Assembly (NCBI GenBank): GCA_964514525.1
Contig: CAZEUJ010000002.1
Location: 1 to 34,142, forward strand
Length of the DNA: 34,142 nt
Reading direction: 5' to 3'
Origin: an uncultured Dehalococcoidaceae bacterium
GTDB taxonomy: Bacteria; Chloroflexota; Dehalococcoidia; Dehalococcoidales; RBG-16-60-22
Made by a program: the position numbers and the translations under genes. Within the stretch, counting starts at the first letter, position 1. Every line of letters begins with the position of its first letter. This document shows positions 8,287 through 19,765 of the stretch, one piece after another. The notes under the pieces are model-generated. The model saw only the letters and a list, made by a program, of their open reading frames with translations, had not been told where the DNA came from and did not search any database.

Positions 8287-9189
8287 TTAAGATGGGAGAT
8301 ATTTTATCCAGCAGCTACAGGTAAACAGCCTCTTAAAACCCATCGACTGGTAGAATGGCCGGTCGGTAGCAACGTAGGCTACTTTTGCCCCCAGTTCTCC
8401 GCACCGCCAGATTCCTTCCAGCACCGCGGCTTTACCCAATCCTCTAAGTCGATAATCCGGGTCGGTGCACACCGGCTCGACATAGGCAAACTTGTTCTTT
8501 TTTTCAAACCATGTTCCCGCATAGGCAACATAATTTCCGTCGGGCGCTACGACGATAATGTTCAGGTCTTTCCGGAAATTTGGCGCCGATTGCATCTTTT
8601 TACGCCCGGCGTAATCAATTGTCGGGGGCTCGTCCCCGTGATTGAATCCCCGCCAGATAACGCGGTCCAGCTTGGCCAGGTCGTTATCTTCCGCCAGGCT
8701 CTTTAATTGAAAACCGTCTGATAAGGAGATGGGCTGGAAAGGGTGCGTTATCTTAAGTTGCGTCATCGGGCGGGCGAATTTATCGTCTTTTTCGTAGCCG
8801 CGTGACTTCGCCAGGGCTTCAAAGCCTTTATCGAAGTCGTTGATGAAAGCTTTAATATACTGCCGTCCGTCCGGCGCTTTCCCGTAAAGGTTTTTTTCGG
8901 CATATTCCAGCATCTCCGGTTTCAAATGAGTGTAGCGGGGGTGGATTTCGAAGAAGGCTTCACCTAATAGCATTTCATAGTGAACTACCCCCACAATTTT
9001 CCCGGAATCTTCCCAGATACCCATTTTTTCGAACGATTTTTCATCGGTCATGGGGTGACTGTGCATGTATTCCCAGGCAGGCTGAAGGAAGTTGCCGTCC
9101 CTATTGCCGGTGCGGTAGTTTTCAATAAGGAAGTCCCCGACCGATTTGAAGTCGGTAGATATATTGTATTTCCGGAATTTTATACTCAT
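8287..9189 (-). CDS. GNAT-family N-acetyltransferase (300 aa)
   Basis: The C-terminal acetyl-CoA motif A-like stretch VCTDPDYRLRGLGKAAV fits GNAT. The N-terminal half has no recognisable motif. Confidence 0.7.
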   Translation of the reverse strand: MSIKFRKYNISTDFKSVGDFLIENYRTGNRDGNFLQPAWEYMHSHPMTDEKSFEKMGIWEDSGKIVGVVHYEMLLGEAFFEIHPRYTHLKPEMLEYAEKNLYGKAPDGRQYIKAFINDFDKGFEALAKSRGYEKDDKFARPMTQLKITHPFQPISLSDGFQLKSLAEDNDLAKLDRVIWRGFNHGDEPPTIDYAGRKKMQSAPNFRKDLNIIVVAPDGNYVAYAGTWFEKKNKFAYVEPVCTDPDYRLRGLGKAAVLEGIWRCGELGAKVAYVATDRPFYQSMGFKRLFTCSCWIKYLPS

Positions 9190-9207
9190 ATCGTGATGTC
9201 ATTTCTA

Positions 9208-10515
<1,308 letters not shown>

Positions 10516-11004
10516 TTATTGCCGGTCTTTAAGCAGCGCCATGGCCATGTCTACGGCTTCTTTCGGATTTTTAGCGATGATGATGCTGTTGTCCGCCTTT
10601 CCGTCCATCGATATTTCCCATGTCCCCAACCCGATAACCGGTATCCCGCTCTGTAGGGTATGGCCGATTTCCGTGAGTGTGCCGTAGCTCCCGTCGATTG
10701 CGATAACTGCCTGAGAGGTCTTCACCACCGCTACGTTTCTGGCATAGCCGATGCCGGTTACTATAGGTATTTTAACATAGGGATTGGCCGTCCGGCGGTC
10801 GTCCCCGGGCAATATACCGATGGTCGTGCCGCCCTCGTCGCTGGCGCCTTTGCAGGCGGCTTCCATAACGCCCCCCAGCCCCCCGCACACCAGTACCGCC
10901 CCCCGCCGGGCAATCTCCCGTCCCACCTCTTCCGCCAGTTGGGCTACCTGCGGGGAGATTTCGCTCCCGCCGATGACCCCGATGAAAATATAATTACTTT
11001 TCAT
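10516..11004 (-). CDS. TIGR00725/LOG-like Rossmann-fold protein
   Basis: IGVIGGS...LAEEVGREIARRGAVLVCGGLGGVMEAACKGA...GGTTIGILPG...TGIGYARN...GSYGTLTEI pattern. I prefer the ATG at 11004 (MKSNYIF) over the track start at 11097, whose extra 31 residues look non-coding. Confidence 0.8.
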   Translation of the reverse strand: MKSNYIFIGVIGGSEISPQVAQLAEEVGREIARRGAVLVCGGLGGVMEAACKGASDEGGTTIGILPGDDRRTANPYVKIPIVTGIGYARNVAVVKTSQAVIAIDGSYGTLTEIGHTLQSGIPVIGLGTWEISMDGKADNSIIIAKNPKEAVDMAMALLKDRQ

Positions 11005-11090
11005 TCGAGAATTCCTTATATCTGATGTTAAGATTATATCACCCGAATATAAAATACGGCAAAGTACTATTTGCGTATATTCAAATGGTA

Positions 11091-11275
11091 ACCTCACCCC
11101 TTACCCCTCTCCAGCCAGAGGCCTTGGTATCAAACCGCAGATAATGATAGCTGGAGAGGGGTGTTAAGCCGAGAGGGGGCGGAGCCCCCTCTCAAATTAT
11201 TTCCCCCTCTTGAACATCATAAAAACCGGTCACTTTGAATAAACCTGTTCGAGAGGGGGATAAAAGGGGGTGAGT
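11091..11275 (+). repeat. Interspersed nested-palindrome element, copy 1 (about 185 bp)
   Basis: Termini CCTCACCCC (11092-11100) and GGGGTGAG (11267-11274). Inner hairpins: CCCCTCTCCAGC 11104-11115 with GCTGGAGAGGGG 11150-11161; GAGAGGGGGC 11171-11180 with GCCCCCTCTC 11184-11193; CCCCCTCTTGAAC 11203-11215 with GTTCGAGAGGGGG 11247-11259. Confidence 0.75.
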
Positions 11276-11407
11276 ATGGATCAACCAAATACAAAAAGAA
11301 TAAAAAATGGTCTATAAATTATACGTGTGATATGATTGTGACGATTGTAAGGTATTTTTGATGTATATGTGATTTGGGCTATTCTAAACTAGCATAGGGG
11401 GTATCAG

Positions 11408-11935
11408 GTGAAAAAGGTGTTTATATTTGCGCTCATCGTTGTCTCACTGCTGCCGGGACTCAGTGCCTGCGACGATGACGATGGGTCGCCGTCGACTCAG
11501 CCGACTGCTTCGCCCACAGTCCAGCCTTCTGCTTCACCGGACCTGTCGCCTCTGCCGTCACCCTTGCCGACAACGACTCCGACGCTATCGGAGCAGCCGG
11601 ATATAGCGACTCTACAGAAATACTTTAAAGAGTTGGGTCTGGGCAAAGTGCTGCCTGAGGTGAAAGATTTTCCTACCGACCTCGAGAAAAATGCCACTGT
11701 TTTTACGGCGGGCGACCAGATTTGCCTTTATGGTGAAATCATCCTGGAGTGTCAGCTTCGTAGTGCGGTCTACGATGTGGACACCGGGAAGATCGTTAGT
11801 GAGGGGGGATTACCCAGACCTATGATTGGTGGTTTCGCTGGTTGGGAGCCCCTGACTATACCCGTCGGTAAATACGAATATAAAGTTTATGTTGACGATA
11901 TCCTGGTGGGAGTTTTTCCTTTTGAGGTCCGTTAG
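11408..11935 (+). CDS. Putative lipoprotein with a Pro/Ser/Thr-rich linker, function unknown
   Basis: GTG start after AGGGGG. Signal peptide MKKVFIFALIVVSLLPGLSAC with lipobox L-S-A-C. Linker SPSTQPTASPTVQPSASPDLSPLPSPLPTTTP, then a globular domain of about 100 aa. Confidence 0.75.
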   Translation: MKKVFIFALIVVSLLPGLSACDDDDGSPSTQPTASPTVQPSASPDLSPLPSPLPTTTPTLSEQPDIATLQKYFKELGLGKVLPEVKDFPTDLEKNATVFTAGDQICLYGEIILECQLRSAVYDVDTGKIVSEGGLPRPMIGGFAGWEPLTIPVGKYEYKVYVDDILVGVFPFEVR

Positions 11936-11950
11936 CTTGTTGCCCTTCGT

Positions 11951-12529
11951 TTAGTTGTACTTATTCATCGCGGCGTCCAGCCCTTCAGACAGTAGGTAGA
12001 CGATAGCCTCGCTGACTTTAGGGATGACCGTATCGATGATTTTTTTCTCTTCGCGGGTGAAATCCCTCAATACGTAGTCGATGACGGCGTTTTCTTTATC
12101 GGCGGCATCTCCGGTGGTCTCCGGTCTGCCTATGCCCACCCGGACGCGATAAAATTCCTGTGTCCCTGTACGCGCCATGATTGATTCGATGCCTTTGTGC
12201 CCTCCCGAGCTTCCTCCCAGGCGCAGGCGGATTTTGCCCGGCGGCAGGTCGAGGTCGTCATGGATAACAATGAGGTCGGCCGGGGAGACGTTCAGCTTTT
12301 TCATGAGGGCACTCACCGATTCCCCGCTGGCGTTCATGTAGGTCTGCGGCCGCGCCAGCACGACCCGGTGGCCTGCTATATTGCCGATGCCTGTCCGCGC
12401 GTGCCCCTGCTTTCTGTCGTAGGCGATTTTTTGCGTTTTTGCCAGGTGGCTGACGCACATAAAGCCGATATTGTGGCGGTTGCGGGCATATAAAAACCCC
12501 GGATTGCCCAGTCCGACGATAAGTTTCAT
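11951..12529 (-). CDS. pth: Peptidyl-tRNA hydrolase
   Basis: MKLIVGLGNPG...RHNIGF N-terminus and the HDDLDLPPGKIRL motif. Confidence 0.96.
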   Translation of the reverse strand: MKLIVGLGNPGFLYARNRHNIGFMCVSHLAKTQKIAYDRKQGHARTGIGNIAGHRVVLARPQTYMNASGESVSALMKKLNVSPADLIVIHDDLDLPPGKIRLRLGGSSGGHKGIESIMARTGTQEFYRVRVGIGRPETTGDAADKENAVIDYVLRDFTREEKKIIDTVIPKVSEAIVYLLSEGLDAAMNKYN

Positions 12530-12533
12530 CGTA

Positions 12534-14816
<2,283 letters not shown>

Positions 14817-14819
14817 TCG

Positions 14820-15074
14820 TCAGTCTGCCCGTCTCAGCTCGAATACCACCGGATTGTCCGGGTCGGAGCAGGCCACGCGGGCTTTATCCGGGCCGCTTTC
14901 CCAGGGGAAAGACCCGCCGAACTCCAGCGCTTCGGCGTAGGGAAATACGGCGGCGAATGCCCAGGAGCACATGCCGGGAGGGGTCGTCTGGCCGATGACG
15001 AACTCGTCGCCGACCCGGTGGCCGGCCTGGCAGGTGCCTTTTTGTGATATCACTTTGGCGATTATCTTCGTCAT
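14820..15074 (-). CDS. Small Cys-containing protein, TIGR04076-like
   Basis: 84 aa with GTCQAGHRVGDEF...PGMCSW...FPW...VACSDPDNPVVFEL. This pattern matches my memory of the TIGR04076 family. Its start lies 3 nt after the stop of the upstream gene. Confidence 0.6.
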   Translation of the reverse strand: MTKIIAKVISQKGTCQAGHRVGDEFVIGQTTPPGMCSWAFAAVFPYAEALEFGGSFPWESGPDKARVACSDPDNPVVFELRRAD

Positions 15075-15076
15075 AT

Positions 15077-15790
15077 CTACCGTCCCGCAGGTGTTTTAGC
15101 TTTTAGTTCAGTTTCCAGGATTTCTAGGAAATGGTGTTCGCCCCTGGTGACCTTTTCGCTTTTGGTAATCTCCAGCCGCTTTTTAAACAAAGGTCCGTCA
15201 ATCACCAGGGTATGGTATTCCCCGGCTTCGCCGCAGATGGTGATGCCTTTGTCCCGCCCCGCCAGGAACGTCAGGAATTCCCTATCGATGATTCTCCCCA
15301 GTATTTCTTTCCCGAAGAGCTCAGCCTTGACGACGACGACCACCGCGATGAAACCGGCGTCGATGAATTCTTCTATGAGAGTCTTCTGGTCTTCGTTCCA
15401 CAAAGGGAGGTACGGCGTAAGGCCTGCCTTCTGGCATACCTTTTCATTCCATTCCCGGTGCGGCGCAAAATCGATATCCCCGAAGACCCCGCCACCGATG
15501 CCCTTCCGCTTGAATTCTCGAAGCATATCGACAAATACCGATTCGTAAGTCTCCGTAGTGGTGGGTCGCTGTACGATGGGAATGCCCAGGGCTTCCGCCT
15601 GCTTTTTGATGACCTCGGCCCGGATGCCATGACTGCACGAGCGCCGGCCGTCCTCGCTGACCATGTTGGCAAGGTAGCGGACATCCATCCCATTACGAAT
15701 TGCCCGGTAAAGTGCGAGGCAGCTATCCTTGCCCCCGCTCCATGAGGCGAAGACCCGTTTTTTGTCTTTTTTATCGTTCGATGTAACCAT
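15077..15790 (-). CDS. PP-loop ATP pyrophosphatase, Dph6/MJ0570-related (diphthine--ammonia ligase-like)
   Basis: N-terminal SWSGGKDS PP-loop, then the EYHT motif (GEAGEYHTLVIDGP) typical of the MJ0570 domain. Confidence 0.8.
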   Translation of the reverse strand: MVTSNDKKDKKRVFASWSGGKDSCLALYRAIRNGMDVRYLANMVSEDGRRSCSHGIRAEVIKKQAEALGIPIVQRPTTTETYESVFVDMLREFKRKGIGGGVFGDIDFAPHREWNEKVCQKAGLTPYLPLWNEDQKTLIEEFIDAGFIAVVVVVKAELFGKEILGRIIDREFLTFLAGRDKGITICGEAGEYHTLVIDGPLFKKRLEITKSEKVTRGEHHFLEILETELKAKTPAGR

Positions 15791-15834
15791 TTTTTTAAAG
15801 AATTTAAATGGATGTAAGTCTCCTTTTAACTTTC

Positions 15835-15926
15835 GGGGCGTCTAAGAGGGGTCACGACCCCTCTTTCTTTTCTTCCCCCTCTCCTTCATCCTGCCTCGTA
15901 AGGAGAGGGGGATACAGGGGCTGAGG
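15835..15926 (-). repeat. Interspersed nested-palindrome element, copy 3 (inverted orientation, truncated)
   Basis: The reverse complement reads CCTCAGCCCCTGTATCCCCCTCTCC...GGAGAGGGGGAAGAAAAGAAAGAGGGGTCGTGACCCCTCTTAGACGCCC. This is collinear with copy 2: CCTCACCCCTTAATCCCCTCTCC...GGAGAGGGGGAATAAAAAAAGAGGGGTTTCACCCCTCTCAAACGCCC. Confidence 0.7.
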
Positions 15927-15987
15927 TTCATAAAACCGTCTTATTCTATCATCACTTAACATAACTCCAATAACGTATTTAAGCTAA

Positions 15988-16593
15988 TCAGCTATTGAGA
16001 TGGGAGACATCGTTCAGCAAGTTGAGAACAGCCATCCCTGGATACGTCTCCACGATGCTCAGTGAAACGTGGTCTACCCGAACTTGTAGCCAGTGCTCCA
16101 GTCCCAGTCCCAGCAGGTTGCAGATTAACAGTCGCACCGGCCCGCCGTGGGCGACTATCAGCACGGTCTCTCCCGGCTTGTGCCTTTCCAGTCGTCTGAT
16201 AAAGGTCAGGACACGGTCGTTAAGCTGTTCGAGGGTTTCGCCACCGGGGAACGACCCCGTTTTCCGTTCACTCAATTCCTCGGCCAGTGCCGGATAACGC
16301 TCTTTAATCTCTTTAAAATTCATCCCTTCGATATCGCCGAAGTTGCATTCACACAATTCCTCGCAGGGGGTGACATCCACCTTGTGCCCGGAGGCGATAA
16401 TCTCGGCGGTAACACGGGCGCGACTCAGCGTGCTGGTATAGACGGCGTCTATCTTTTCTTCAGCCAGCCGATCCCGCAGCTGCTCCGCCTGCTTTATACC
16501 TGTTTTGCTCAAGGGCATATCGGTCCCGCCCCAGAACCGGTCGCCCGTATGCAAATCGGTAATGCCGTGCCTTACCAGCATTATTTTCGCCAA
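15988..16593 (-). CDS. Histidine phosphatase family protein (phosphoglycerate mutase-like)
   Basis: LVRHG catalytic RHG motif at the N-terminus and a second His in VAHGGPVR. Confidence 0.88.
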   Translation of the reverse strand: MAKIMLVRHGITDLHTGDRFWGGTDMPLSKTGIKQAEQLRDRLAEEKIDAVYTSTLSRARVTAEIIASGHKVDVTPCEELCECNFGDIEGMNFKEIKERYPALAEELSERKTGSFPGGETLEQLNDRVLTFIRRLERHKPGETVLIVAHGGPVRLLICNLLGLGLEHWLQVRVDHVSLSIVETYPGMAVLNLLNDVSHLNS

Positions 16594-16627
16594 AATTGGT
16601 TCCTCGGTGTGTAATAAATGAACGGTC

Positions 16628-17782
16628 TTATTCCTCTTCTCCGGCGTGTTTCCGGAGCCAGAGTTGAGGGTAACTGGCCGTAATACGCCTGAGCGTTTCT
16701 AGTTTATCGCGTAAACCCCGGGGGACGGTTTCATCGGTGAGAAGCTGCTTTAAAAGTGCTGGATCGAACCCCAGCACCCTTACCCACAGCCCCTCCGGTT
16801 CCAGCAGGGCTTTAACTTCCTCCTCGCTGAATCCCGTCCTTTCCGTGATTTTGTAGGTGATTTCGCACGTGTTGCCGAAGACCCGGTTCAAGCCTTCCTT
16901 CTGGCAGTACTCGATAATCGTCTGCTTGGCTTCCTCAAGCTGCGTCTGTAGTTCTTTAATCTGTGCCTGAAGGGCGGCGTAGCGTTCGACGGCATCGATG
17001 GCTGCAATACCCGGCAGGACTTCCTGTCGTGCCGCCTCGGGAGCGATGGTCAGATACTGGTGTCGATAGTAGGGGCAGTGCTCGGGGAAATCGCAAGGGC
17101 AGAACTGGCCCTCCACCGCCGGGAAATTGCCCCGGTTGATATTATCGGCTACTTCTTTAACGAGCTGCCGCGCCTCCTCGATTTTTGCTCGTTCCCGCGG
17201 CGGGCAGTGGCAGGGCGTGTTCGACCTCAGGTGATAGAGGGTCAGCCTTTCGACGGGGAGTTTCCAGGTCTGCTCGGCCGCCATCTGATATATCGTCAGT
17301 TGGAGGTCGTCTGCCAGATAATCGGCGGTAAAAAGCTCCTTGTTCGTTTTGTAGTCGATGATGGATAGGCCGCCGCTGTCCAGCTTATCTACCCTGTCGA
17401 TAAAACCCCGGAGTTTAATCCCTTCGACGTCGATAGTAAAGTTGCGTTCCAGCGCTATCGGCAGGCGGAAATCGGTCTGGTGAATTTCCCAGAACCGGGT
17501 CAGAATATCCCTTCCATACTTCTTATACCTGGCTTCTTCTTCGGCCGATTCGTAGCCCTGGGAAAGCCAGTTCTGTCCGTAATAATTGAGCAGTTCTGCC
17601 AGTGATGGCGGCGGCGGTGTGTTTACTCTGAAAAAGTACTCGACGCAGTCGTGCATCGTGGTACCGAAGCTGAAATACGACCTGTCTTTCGGTTTGAGGC
17701 CGTCAATATACTGTAGTTTATAACATAAGGGGCATGACCGATAAAGAGAAATCTGGGTGAAACTCAGGGGTTTAATTGTCAT
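16628..17782 (-). CDS. PD-(D/E)XK nuclease superfamily protein, Cas4/AddB-nuclease-like with an Fe-S cysteine set
   Basis: FIDRVDKL...SIIDYKT (D...D/ExK core). An N-terminal Cys region (SCPLCYK) plus C-terminal CPCDFPEHCPYY suggest a 4-Cys cluster as in Cas4/AddB. There is a C-terminal extension of about 140 aa. AGGGAGG RBS. Confidence 0.75.
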   Translation of the reverse strand: MTIKPLSFTQISLYRSCPLCYKLQYIDGLKPKDRSYFSFGTTMHDCVEYFFRVNTPPPPSLAELLNYYGQNWLSQGYESAEEEARYKKYGRDILTRFWEIHQTDFRLPIALERNFTIDVEGIKLRGFIDRVDKLDSGGLSIIDYKTNKELFTADYLADDLQLTIYQMAAEQTWKLPVERLTLYHLRSNTPCHCPPRERAKIEEARQLVKEVADNINRGNFPAVEGQFCPCDFPEHCPYYRHQYLTIAPEAARQEVLPGIAAIDAVERYAALQAQIKELQTQLEEAKQTIIEYCQKEGLNRVFGNTCEITYKITERTGFSEEEVKALLEPEGLWVRVLGFDPALLKQLLTDETVPRGLRDKLETLRRITASYPQLWLRKHAGEEE

Positions 17783-17853
17783 CCTCCCTTGATTTATATG
17801 TGCAGACAGCTATGCAGCAGTATGGGGCACCAGGGTTTTCAAGAGTTTCAGTT

Positions 17854-18141
17854 TCACTTTTTCAGCGTATTGATAAAATTATCTAGTGTCAAGGCAGCGA
17901 GAGTATTGGTCTGCAGGGTGCCGCGGGAACCAAGTTCCATGGCTACCTTGGCTATCGTCTCGTTGTTCGGAGCTTCTAGAATATTGACGAAGTCGTACTG
18001 TCCCAGAGTGACGTACTGGGCTAGTATTTTCACGCCCATAGCCTCGACTTCTTTATTGACTTCTTTAATCCTTTGCGGGTTTGTTTTTACTGTTTTTCTG
18101 CCTTCATCGGTGAGGTTGGTCATCATAATATAAAGCGCCAT
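17854..18141 (-). CDS. GYD domain-containing protein
   Basis: 95 aa, MALYIMM...GxYDFVNILEAPNNE...LGSRG pattern typical of the GYD family. Confidence 0.85.
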   Translation of the reverse strand: MALYIMMTNLTDEGRKTVKTNPQRIKEVNKEVEAMGVKILAQYVTLGQYDFVNILEAPNNETIAKVAMELGSRGTLQTNTLAALTLDNFINTLKK

Positions 18142-18344
18142 ACTTCCCTCCTACCTCAAATATTTTAGCCTTAACCTCTGGTGCCCCTGGGATATATATC
18201 TGGATTATATGACTTAAGGGCAATTTTGTCTATAGGTAGTGATACTTAAGGGCTTGGCGATTGTGGGTTGCCAGAGTTAATTTCTTTAAGAAAGATGATA
18301 TAATAAAGTCAGTAAGGATATGAATTTAACCGAGCGGGGGGATA

Positions 18345-18659
18345 GTGATGGATGATATTCTGAACGAAGCCTATGGGATAGTCCAGTGCAAGGAGTGTCC
18401 CTGGTATAAAACCTGTGTTATACCCATGAAGTTCACCGCCGAAGATATCCGCCGCCAGATGGAGCAGGCGGCGCCGGGTACCAATGTTCCCCCGCAGATT
18501 GATAGCGGCATGCAGAACCTGCTATCGAGTATGGCGACGGCGGCGCAGAACTCGCTGCTGGAGGGGTGTCCTGTTTTTATCCAGCGCCTGCGGACCAGTC
18601 CCAGGCTCGCCCAGCGCCTGAAGGAGTTTATGCAGAACTGGGGCTCCGAAGAGAGTTGA
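18345..18659 (+). CDS. Hypothetical small Cys-motif protein
   Basis: GTG (18345) or ATG (18348) start after a G-rich RBS. Contains CKECPWYKTC and a later EGCPVF. No family recognised. Confidence 0.55.
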   Translation: MMDDILNEAYGIVQCKECPWYKTCVIPMKFTAEDIRRQMEQAAPGTNVPPQIDSGMQNLLSSMATAAQNSLLEGCPVFIQRLRTSPRLAQRLKEFMQNWGSEES

Positions 18660-18671
18660 ATGGCGCTCGGG

Positions 18672-19328
18672 TCAGGGAGTATTGGCTTCAGCGAGCTTTT
18701 TCAGGCGGCGGTAGCTTTCAGCGGGGTCCGGCTGTAAAAAGATCGCGCTGCCGATGTATATCACGTTGACGCCCGTCCGGGCGATTTGCACTATGTTGTT
18801 TTCCTTAATGCCGCCGTCAATGCCTATTTCCATTTTCGGATAGGCTTTGCGGAAGGCGACAATTTTATCCAGGATTTCAGGGATGAACTTGGCGCCATAA
18901 AAGCCGGGATTGACCGATAGGAAAAGCACGTTGTCCACTTTGTCGATGAGGTTTGTGATTGCGCTAATGGGTGTTTCCGGATTGACGGCCAGGCCGGCCT
19001 TCATGCCGAGCTTTTTAATCTTACGGATTATTTTCTCCGGGGCAGCGGTGGCTTCGTAGTGAAAGACTATTCCCCGCGCCCCCGCCTGCCGGAATTCCTC
19101 CAGGCATTCCTCCGGGTTCATCACCATGAGATGTGCTTCCCATTTAATTTTTATCTTTACTCCGGCTATTTGCCCGCAGGACACGCTCCGCGATGGTACA
19201 AACTTGCCATCCATGATGTCGAGCTGAGCGTAGTCGGTAAATCTTTCGGTCTGTCTTACCATTTTCTCCAGTACCTTGGGGTCGTCGGTAAGAATGGCCG
19301 GTACCGTGCGGATTCGCTGGTTCATCAT
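18672..19328 (-). CDS. rpe: Ribulose-phosphate 3-epimerase
   Basis: LDIMDGKFVP, HLMV and SVNPGFYGAKF motifs with TIM-barrel length. AGGAGG RBS; given the spacing, the second ATG (19325) may be the true start. Confidence 0.88.
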   Translation of the reverse strand: MMNQRIRTVPAILTDDPKVLEKMVRQTERFTDYAQLDIMDGKFVPSRSVSCGQIAGVKIKIKWEAHLMVMNPEECLEEFRQAGARGIVFHYEATAAPEKIIRKIKKLGMKAGLAVNPETPISAITNLIDKVDNVLFLSVNPGFYGAKFIPEILDKIVAFRKAYPKMEIGIDGGIKENNIVQIARTGVNVIYIGSAIFLQPDPAESYRRLKKLAEANTP

Positions 19329-19384
19329 GCCTCCTGTAAGAATGCATGGTTGGGGATATTTAAATTAAGGCTGCCGTTGCCGAT

Positions 19385-19414
19385 ATTCTAGGTTTGCGCC
19401 CGGCAGGCTGTCAA
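19385..19414 (-). promoter_or_regulatory. Sigma70-like promoter for rpe
   Basis: Minus strand reads TTGACA (19414-19409), 18-nt spacer, TAGAAT (19390-19385). It lies immediately downstream of the terminator at 19420-19457. Confidence 0.55.
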
Positions 19415-19419
19415 GCTTT

Positions 19420-19457
19420 ATAAAAAAGTGGAGGTTGCTTTTTTATGCAACCTCCAC
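19420..19457 (-). terminator. Strong intrinsic terminator (minus strand)
   Basis: Perfect 11-bp stem GTGGAGGTTGC/GCAACCTCCAC (19428-19438 with 19447-19457) and an 8-nt loop, followed on the minus strand by TTTTTTAT. Confidence 0.8.
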
Positions 19458-19632
19458 TCACGAGACTGACGGGTCGCGTACCCAACTCACTTTCGGTGAT
19501 CACCACCATTCTGGGCGTCCTTCAAAGAAGGACCGTCTTCCAGATTTTTATACGAGCCGGGTCCGCTTTCTATTCGCCCCACCCAAGGCAGGGCCTCATA
19601 AATCCACCTGCCATACTCCGTATAACTCGTGA
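19420..19632 (-). ncRNA. Candidate stand-alone small RNA (about 210 nt) or micro-ORF transcript; family not recognised
   Basis: Extended -10 TGTATAAT (minus strand, 19646-19639) and the terminator at 19420-19457. The predicted 5' end UCACGAG (19632-19626) pairs with CUCGUGA (19464-19458), which abuts the terminator. Internal hairpins include GTCCTTC-TTT-GAAGGAC. No minus-strand ORF of 60 aa or more. Confidence 0.3.
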
Positions 19633-19765
19633 AGCTTCATTATACACCTCCCGAAGCTTTCTCAGGTGTGTCAAGAGCTTCATTGAATTTTATCCACAAT
19701 CCCGGAAAATTGTCAAGCGACTCGTTAATACCCCTTCCCCAGGATAAAGTACTATGATCTGACTG

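Noticed and set aside
10516-11097. Track start at 11097 for the LOG-like protein, and likewise 22278 (LivF-like), 26391 (binding protein), 27145 (wHTH) and 30669 (GNAT)
   Set aside because: The extended N-termini lack an RBS at a workable spacing, or look non-native. Internal starts with better SD spacing or stop-start overlap fit the conserved family N-termini better. The alternatives are noted in the feature evidence.
15844-15875. Hairpin AAGAGGGG-TCACGA-CCCCTCTT followed by a T-rich run on the plus strand, as a plus-strand terminator
   Set aside because: Both flanking genes are on the minus strand, where the hairpin lacks a U-tract. It is better explained as part of the inverted copy of the interspersed repeat.
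17824-18187. 10-bp inverted repeat (GGGGCACCAG / CTGGTGCCCC) flanking the GYD gene, as possible mobile-cassette ends
   Set aside because: A single 10-bp match at about 350 bp spacing is expected by chance several times in a window this size. There is no target-site duplication or recombinase.
18212-18253. Direct repeat ACTTAAGGGC x2 spaced 32 bp apart in the divergent GYD / small-Cys-protein promoter region
   Set aside because: It might be a regulator site, but a single 10-bp direct repeat at this spacing is near chance expectation, and no regulator gene is adjacent. Evidence is too weak to report as a feature.
19435-19747. Plus-strand ORFs 19435-19632 (65 aa) and 19445-19747 (100 aa) in the rpe-SDR intergenic region
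   Set aside because: They have no RBS and an implausible Arg/Ser/Thr/Pro-rich composition. They run antisense through a clear minus-strand terminator and the region's promoter-like motifs. The region is better explained as a minus-strand non-coding or micro-ORF unit.
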